Part shown: positions 57,304-64,000 of the stretch, piece by piece
Numbering within the stretch: position 1 is the stretch's first letter
Layout of the letters: every line of letters begins with the position of its first letter
Assembly: GCA_044892525.1 (NCBI GenBank)
Contig: CM097885.1
Span: 42,782,001-42,846,000, forward strand
Length of the DNA: 64,000 nt
Source of the DNA: Schmidtea polychroa
Taxonomy: Eukaryota
Reading direction: 5' to 3'
The notes under the pieces: generated by a model
What the model saw: the letters and a program-made list of their open reading frames with translations, nothing else
What the model was told of the DNA's origin: nothing
Database searches by the model: none
Position numbers and translations under genes: made by a program

Positions 57304-60300
57304 GTTCTCAATACAAATCAATACAATATCAAAGTCAAATGAATTATTACCATCCATAATGACGGTACTATAATGTAGAAAATTTTCAAACATTGAATAA
57401 TATGAAATCATCTTGGTAATTAAATATATTGGGTGCAACTACCAAATGGTGATGATATGATGAACGGATACCCATGAGTTCATCAAAATGGGAAAAAAGA
57501 TCTTCTCAAGAACCATCAAAATGCTCGAAAAGAAGAAGAAACCCTAACCAATATTTTAAAGTTGCCATTATATGTTGCAGTAGTATTGGTTATTACTGTT
57601 TCGTAAATAAATGTTTTAATTTGTTTTTATAAATTTATTGTTTTATTCTAATACTTTTTGATTAAAACATATTCATTTTGTTTTAATATTTGTATTAATT
57701 TTTGAAATAGTGATATTTAAATATATGGAAATTTACAATTATATATACAATTATATTTACAATTATTATAAATCATAATGACTAAATGATGCTTTTCTCT
57801 GTCCATTCATTCTCCTCTGATATTACTGCCATAATCATCTTCTAATGTCTTTGTTAATCATGACCATTTATTGCAAAGTCTTTGTTAATTATGCACTTGT
57901 ATTGCAAATTTATTAGTCATACAATCATATTATTTTTCATGCCCTGTCATAATATTATTATTTTTAATTTTATTATTATGATTATTTAACAATACCGTAT
58001 AGCAAATCTTTAGGCAATTTAGTGAAAGGTTATTTTAAATATATAGCAATTTCTTAAGTAAAATATTTCCAGATAAATTTACCAATTTAGTTAGAAATCC
58101 ATGTTTTTGGTTGTAACATTTAATTAAAATATCCTTGTATTCATAACAATTTTTATATAGTTGATACATATACCAATTATTTAACTTGAAACATAACAGA
58201 ATTCGTAGGTAATATAGAATTTTTGTGTATTTTTTTAGTTAATTTATAAATATTATCTGACATTTTGATGAATCAATGCAATATACAACAAATTAATCAA
58301 TAAAAACCATAGCATATTGTAAGTTTTTATATATATAGTCTGAATTTATCCGACAAAATATTCTGTTCCCCTATGTGTATTTGTCGTAAGGGTACTGGTC
58401 ATATTCAATATGTCGCAAGGGTATATTAATTAAGGCATATGTATATTAGTTAAACATTCTTAGGTAATTTAGTGAGAAATGCATAATCATTAATAACAAC
58501 ATATATTCATTGATAATTTTGGTAGAAAGTCTTTATCATTTGGAGTAAATTTCTGTCTTTGTTCGAGTCAAAAAAAAAGGAGTCATAATAGAAACATGAT
58601 CATTTGGTTATCATCTAACCAATTAAGGTGCTTATTAGTTAGAAATATAGGGTTACAATTCTTTTCTAATTTAATGAGATGATCATTGGGTGTAATATAT
58701 CTTTGTGAGAAATATATGGTTAACATTTTTAAATAGGGATTTTTGAGTAACCAAAACAAGGATATTTTGTGTGAATAATTTAAGAATATTGGTTAATTTT
58801 CTCTTTTTTAGTCATTTAAAATAATATTTAACAAAGGTAATTTAGCAAAATATCATTGAAAGATTTATCCATCCGATAACAATATTCCTTCAATAGATTT
58901 TACCCTTTATTCAACCGATTTAATTTCTAGAAATCTAATTAAAATCATAAAATTCCTTCAATAAAGATCAATTTTCTTTAGCTGTTGTCGATTTCCAACT
59001 TTTAAGACAATATTTCTCAAGTTTTGTCACAGATATCCCCACAATGAATAAAATAACTTCTTAAATAAAATAATTTAAAGCAATAACCTTTGATATCAAT
59101 CCCAATTAATTCTAAAGATTTCAAATATTTCATTGTCAAAACCAAGTAAATTGATCATTAACCCTAAACGACTTAATAAAACAGTGGATAATTAATAAAA
59201 ACTGGTTCTAAAACATAAATCTAAATTACTGTGCCATAACATTCATCACAACCTAATAAACCTCTAAAACGATATAAATTCACAGGAACTATTATTAATT
59301 CATAGCTAAATACTGAATATGTCCCTTTGATATTTTACCAATAAGAACATTATCGATTTAAATAGAGATTTCAAACATTTCCGCCTTAACCGATCCCTCA
59401 CTAAATATTTCTACCCCTTTAAATGCCACCTTTAAAAATCATATATTACCATCTTAACTGAACCTTCACTAAATCCAACCTACTTTAATATATCAATTCT
59501 CTTAAAATCCATAGAAAATTCTTCAAAATATGAATTTTATTTAATTGTTACAGACATCCTTCCATTGAAATAATTTAGTATCTAAATTCATGTAGTAAGA
59601 GCCCACTAAAAGATCAAAATTCACTAAAATCAATATTTTCTACAAATATTTCACCACATTTACCATCAAATACCTAACTAGAGATGAAATATATTGATCA
59701 TAATTCTTCATCGATTCAGCCAATTATATCAATTATATCTTTCAAAATCACAAATTTCAGTATATTTTACAATAATTTTCAAGTAGATTTCAAATATATC
59801 ATCATGATAAAATTAGCTGGTTTCAACTTTAGATTTTCAATATTTAAAAGTTCATCAATATTCGTAGAAAATATATGAAAGAATTATTTTGTCAATATCA
59901 TTACAAAGTCATCATAAAAATTAAATAATAATCACTTGATTATTGTAAAAACTCTAATTATTAACCTAACTGTCATTAAAAATAATTTTTATTTAAAATT
60001 AAATTTAAAAACAAGTCAATAAAATATAGCAAATTATCAAGAAATTAATTAAATTTGACTTAGAATTAACACTAAAACCTTAAATTTTAAAATATTCTTT
60101 CAATTACTCACAAAAGGGTTAGTAATAATGTTAGTAAAATCCCGCTAACTCTAAAAAATTACCAATGAATTTAATGCTAATTAATAACCTAAAATTTGCC
60201 TAAATAAAATCATTAAAACATCCCAGTACCTTTACGACCAGTACCCTTACGAGCAGTACCAATTGTGAACAGTACCCATAGAGGGAGAAAATATCTTGTC

Positions 60301-63204
60301 GGATAAACTCGGATATTGTTAATTTTATCTCTGTTTTATTAAAATTATCGTTCGACTTTACGCTTCTTACCATTTTGGAATAAGATTTTTTATCAAAATT
60401 TGTGTTAATTTGACTGATTCAATTTGATGGAGTTATTGTTAATTCTAAGTCAAATTTAATTAATTTCTTGATAATTTGCTATATTTTATTGACTTGTTTT
60501 TAAATTTAATTTTAAATAAAAATTATTTTTAATGACAGTTAGGTTAATAATTAGAGTTTTTACAATAATCAAGTGATTATTATTTAATTTTTATGATGAC
60601 TTTGTAATGATATTGACAAAATAATTCTTTCATATATTTTCTACGAATATTGATGAACTTTTAAATATTGAAAATCTAAAGTTGAAACCAGCTAATTTTA
60701 TCATGATGATATATTTGAAATCTACTTGAAAATTATTGTAAAATATACTGAAATTTGTGATTTTGAAAGATATAATTGATATAATTGGCTGAATCGATGA
60801 AGAATTATGATCAATATATTTCATCTCTAGTTAGGTATTTGATGGTAAATGTGGTGAAATATTTGTAGAAAATATTGATTTTAGTGAATTTTGATCTTTT
60901 AGTGGGCTCTTACTACATGAATTTAGATACTAAATTATTTCAATGGAAGGATGTCTGTAACAATTAAATAAAATTCATATTTTGAAGAATTTTCTATGGA
61001 TTTTAAGAGAATTGATATATTAAAGTAGGTTGGATTTAGTGAAGGTTCAGTTAAGATGGTAATATATGATTTTTAAAGGTGGCATTTAAAGGGGTAGAAA
61101 TATTTAGTGAGGGATCGGTTAAGGCGGAAATGTTTGAAATCTCTATTTAAATCGATAATGTTCTTATTGGTAAAATATCAAAGGGACATATTCAGTATTT
61201 AGCTATGAATTAATAATAGTTCCTGTGAATTTATATCGTTTTAGAGGTTTATTAGGTTGTGATGAATGTTATGGCACAGTAATTTAGATTTATGTTTTAG
61301 AACCAGTTTTTATTAATTATCCACTGTTTTATTAAGTCGTTTAGGGTTAATGATCAATTTACTTGGTTTTGACAATGAAATATTTGAAATCTTTAGAATT
61401 AATTGGGATTGATATCAAAGGTTATTGCTTTAAATTATTTTATTTAAGAAGTTATTTTATTCATTGTGGGGATATCTGTGACAAAACTTGAGAAATATTG
61501 TCTTAAAAGTTGGAAATCGACAACAGCTAAAGAAAATTGATCTTTATTGAAGGAATTTTATGATTTTAATTAGATTTCTAGAAATTAAATCGGTTGAATA
61601 AAGGGTAAAATCTATTGAAGGAATATTGTTATCGGATGGATAAATCTTTCAATGATATTTTGCTAAATTACCTTTGTTAAATATTATTTTAAATGACTAA
61701 AAAAGAGAAAATTAACCAATATTCTTAAATTATTCACACAAAATATCCTTGTTTTGGTTACTCAAAAATCCCTATTTAAAAATGTTAACCATATATTTCT
61801 CACAAAGATATATTACACCCAATGATCATCTCATTAAATTAGAAAAGAATTGTAACCCTATATTTCTAACTAATAAGCACCTTAATTGGTTAGATGATAA
61901 CCAAATGATCATGTTTCTATTATGACTCCTTTTTTTTTGACTCGAACAAAGACAGAAATTTACTCCAAATGATAAAGACTTTCTACCAAAATTATCAATG
62001 AATATATGTTGTTATTAATGATTATGCATTTCTCACTAAATTACCTAAGAATGTTTAACTAATATACATATGCCTTAATTAATATACCCTTGCGACATAT
62101 TGAATATGACCAGTACCCTTACGACAAATACACATAGGGGAACAGAATATTTTGTCGGATAAATTCAGACTATATATATAAAAACTTACAATATGCTATG
62201 GTTTTTATTGATTAATTTGTTGTATATTGCATTGATTCATCAAAATGTCAGATAATATTTATAAATTAACTAAAAAAATACACAAAAATTCTATATTACC
62301 TACGAATTCTGTTATGTTTCAAGTTAAATAATTGGTATATGTATCAACTATATAAAAATTGTTATGAATACAAGGATATTTTAATTAAATGTTACAACCA
62401 AAAACATGGATTTCTAACTAAATTGGTAAATTTATCTGGAAATATTTTACTTAAGAAATTGCTATATATTTAAAATAACCTTTCACTAAATTGCCTAAAG
62501 ATTTGCTATACGGTATTGTTAAATAATCATAATAATAAAATTAAAAATAATAATATTATGACAGGGCATGAAAAATAATATGATTGTATGACTAATAAAT
62601 TTGCAATACAAGTGCATAATTAACAAAGACTTTGCAATAAATGGTCATGATTAACAAAGACATTAGAAGATGATTATGGCAGTAATATCAGAGGAGAATG
62701 AATGGACAGAGAAAAGCATCATTTAGTCATTATGATTTATAATAATTGTAAATATAATTGTATATATAATTGTAAATTTCCATATATTTAAATATCACTA
62801 TTTCAAAAATTAATACAAATATTAAAACAAAATGAATATGTTTTAATCAAAAAGTATTAGAATAAAACAATAAATTTATAAAAACAAATTAAAACATTTA
62901 TTTACGAAACAGTAATAACCAATACTACTGCAACATATAATGGCAACTTTAAAATATTGGTTAGGGTTTCTTCTTCTTTTCGAGCATTTTGATGGTTCTT
63001 GAGAAGATCTTTTTTCCCATTTTGATGAACTCATGGGTATCCGTTCATCATATCATCACCATTTGGTAGTTGCACCCAATATATTTAATTACCAAGATGA
63101 TTTCATATTATTCAATGTTTGAAAATTTTCTACATTATAGTACCGTCATTATGGATGGTAATAATTCATTTGACTTTGATATTGTATTGATTTGTATTGA
63201 GAAC

Positions 63205-63693
63205 TTACATGTATATAGTATGATATTCATTAATCAGTGTTGAACAGGCTTGACAATTGTGAACATTCTTCTCGTGACACTTAGAACAAACAATTACGTG
63301 ACCACACGGTAAATACAAAACCGAAACTTGATTTTCTTTACAAATTGAACAAGTTAAATACCTTTTCTTAACATCGTTCAGTTTTTCCGTTAGCTTATTT
63401 TCAATCAAATCGGCTTTTGCTATCCATTCATAAATCAATCTACTATATCCCGGTTTCAACCTTAAATACATGCAACTCCAAAAGCATTCATTCAGTGAAT
63501 CGTTGTTTACCACTGTTTTTTCTAAATACATTAAATAACTAGATAACTTTAAAATGCATTTATCATAATTAAATAAATCAATCAAATATTGAATAGAGGA
63601 ATGTTTAAAAATTTTTAAAATATTTATGATTTCCTTATCAGTGTAAGTATCATGATTATTTATAAAATCTTCAACTGTGTTGAAAAATTTCAA
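63205..63693 (-). CDS. Mirror copy of the IAP-type RING ORF
   Basis: Translation identical to 56815-57303. Confidence 0.7.
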   Translation of the reverse strand: MKFFNTVEDFINNHDTYTDKEIINILKIFKHSSIQYLIDLFNYDKCILKLSSYLMYLEKTVVNNDSLNECFWSCMYLRLKPGYSRLIYEWIAKADLIENKLTEKLNDVKKRYLTCSICKENQVSVLYLPCGHVIVCSKCHEKNVHNCQACSTLINEYHTIYM

Positions 63694-64000
63694 TGAACGC
63701 TTATCTTCGGAATAGGTTGGACTTAATATTTCCTTATTTCTAGTAGGATTTCCTTGCTATAAATGACATATATAAAAATATTGACAAAATAATAAAGTTA
63801 CCAAATGTGTTTTGTGATTTATACATTCATATTCAACAGTGTTACTTGTTGAAATCATCAGTAATAAATAAATTTCTTAATAACTAAATTACTTTTGTTT
63901 TTACATTTATAACGATTGAGATAGCCAATCAAATTAGAGTTTTCAAAATGTAGAAATTGTAACCATGGTTGAACCTTCAAATGTCTAAGTAACATCATAT

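Larger units (their letters stand above)
56508..64000. repeat. Giant inverted repeat: arms 56508-60071 and 60437-64000 (>=3564 bp), 365-bp spacer
   Basis: Position x pairs with 120508-x at every point checked. Identical ORFs on opposite strands (56815/63693 and 59684/60824). Confidence 0.98.

Noticed and set aside
58425..60222. Mitochondrial insertion or alternative genetic code, suggested by the strand skew
   Set aside because: All three stop codons occur in frame and no mitochondrial protein, rRNA or tRNA motifs were recognised.

Overview
AT-rich, intron-containing animal DNA with many (AAT)n/(TA)n microsatellites, 45-55 nt introns and one 500-N gap (497-996). These traits suggest a planarian-type flatworm, which is an inference. 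Host genes reconstructed by hand: a TMEM184 exon at the window start, intronless LSm5, a 688-aa orphan ORF, a 6-exon type I membrane protein with a Thr-rich stalk, a complete 12-exon SLC6 transporter (15126-30369, minus), an intronless RING protein and a probable 2-exon orphan. Introns and intergenic DNA hold hAT, pogo, piggyBac-like, Tc1/mariner, MULE, LINE and LTR sequences, a 28S rRNA fragment, and a decayed gag + chuvirus-like glycoprotein retroelement. The most unusual part is 52067-64000. An element with a Polinton/Maverick-like AGTAG end cuts a gypsy pol. It carries a 212-bp tandem array, then ~2-kb gene modules (one with an IAP-type RING ORF) separated by a recurring motif with the palindromic core GACAAAATATTTTGTC. 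It then folds back as a >=3.56-kb apparently perfect inverted repeat that runs off the window end.
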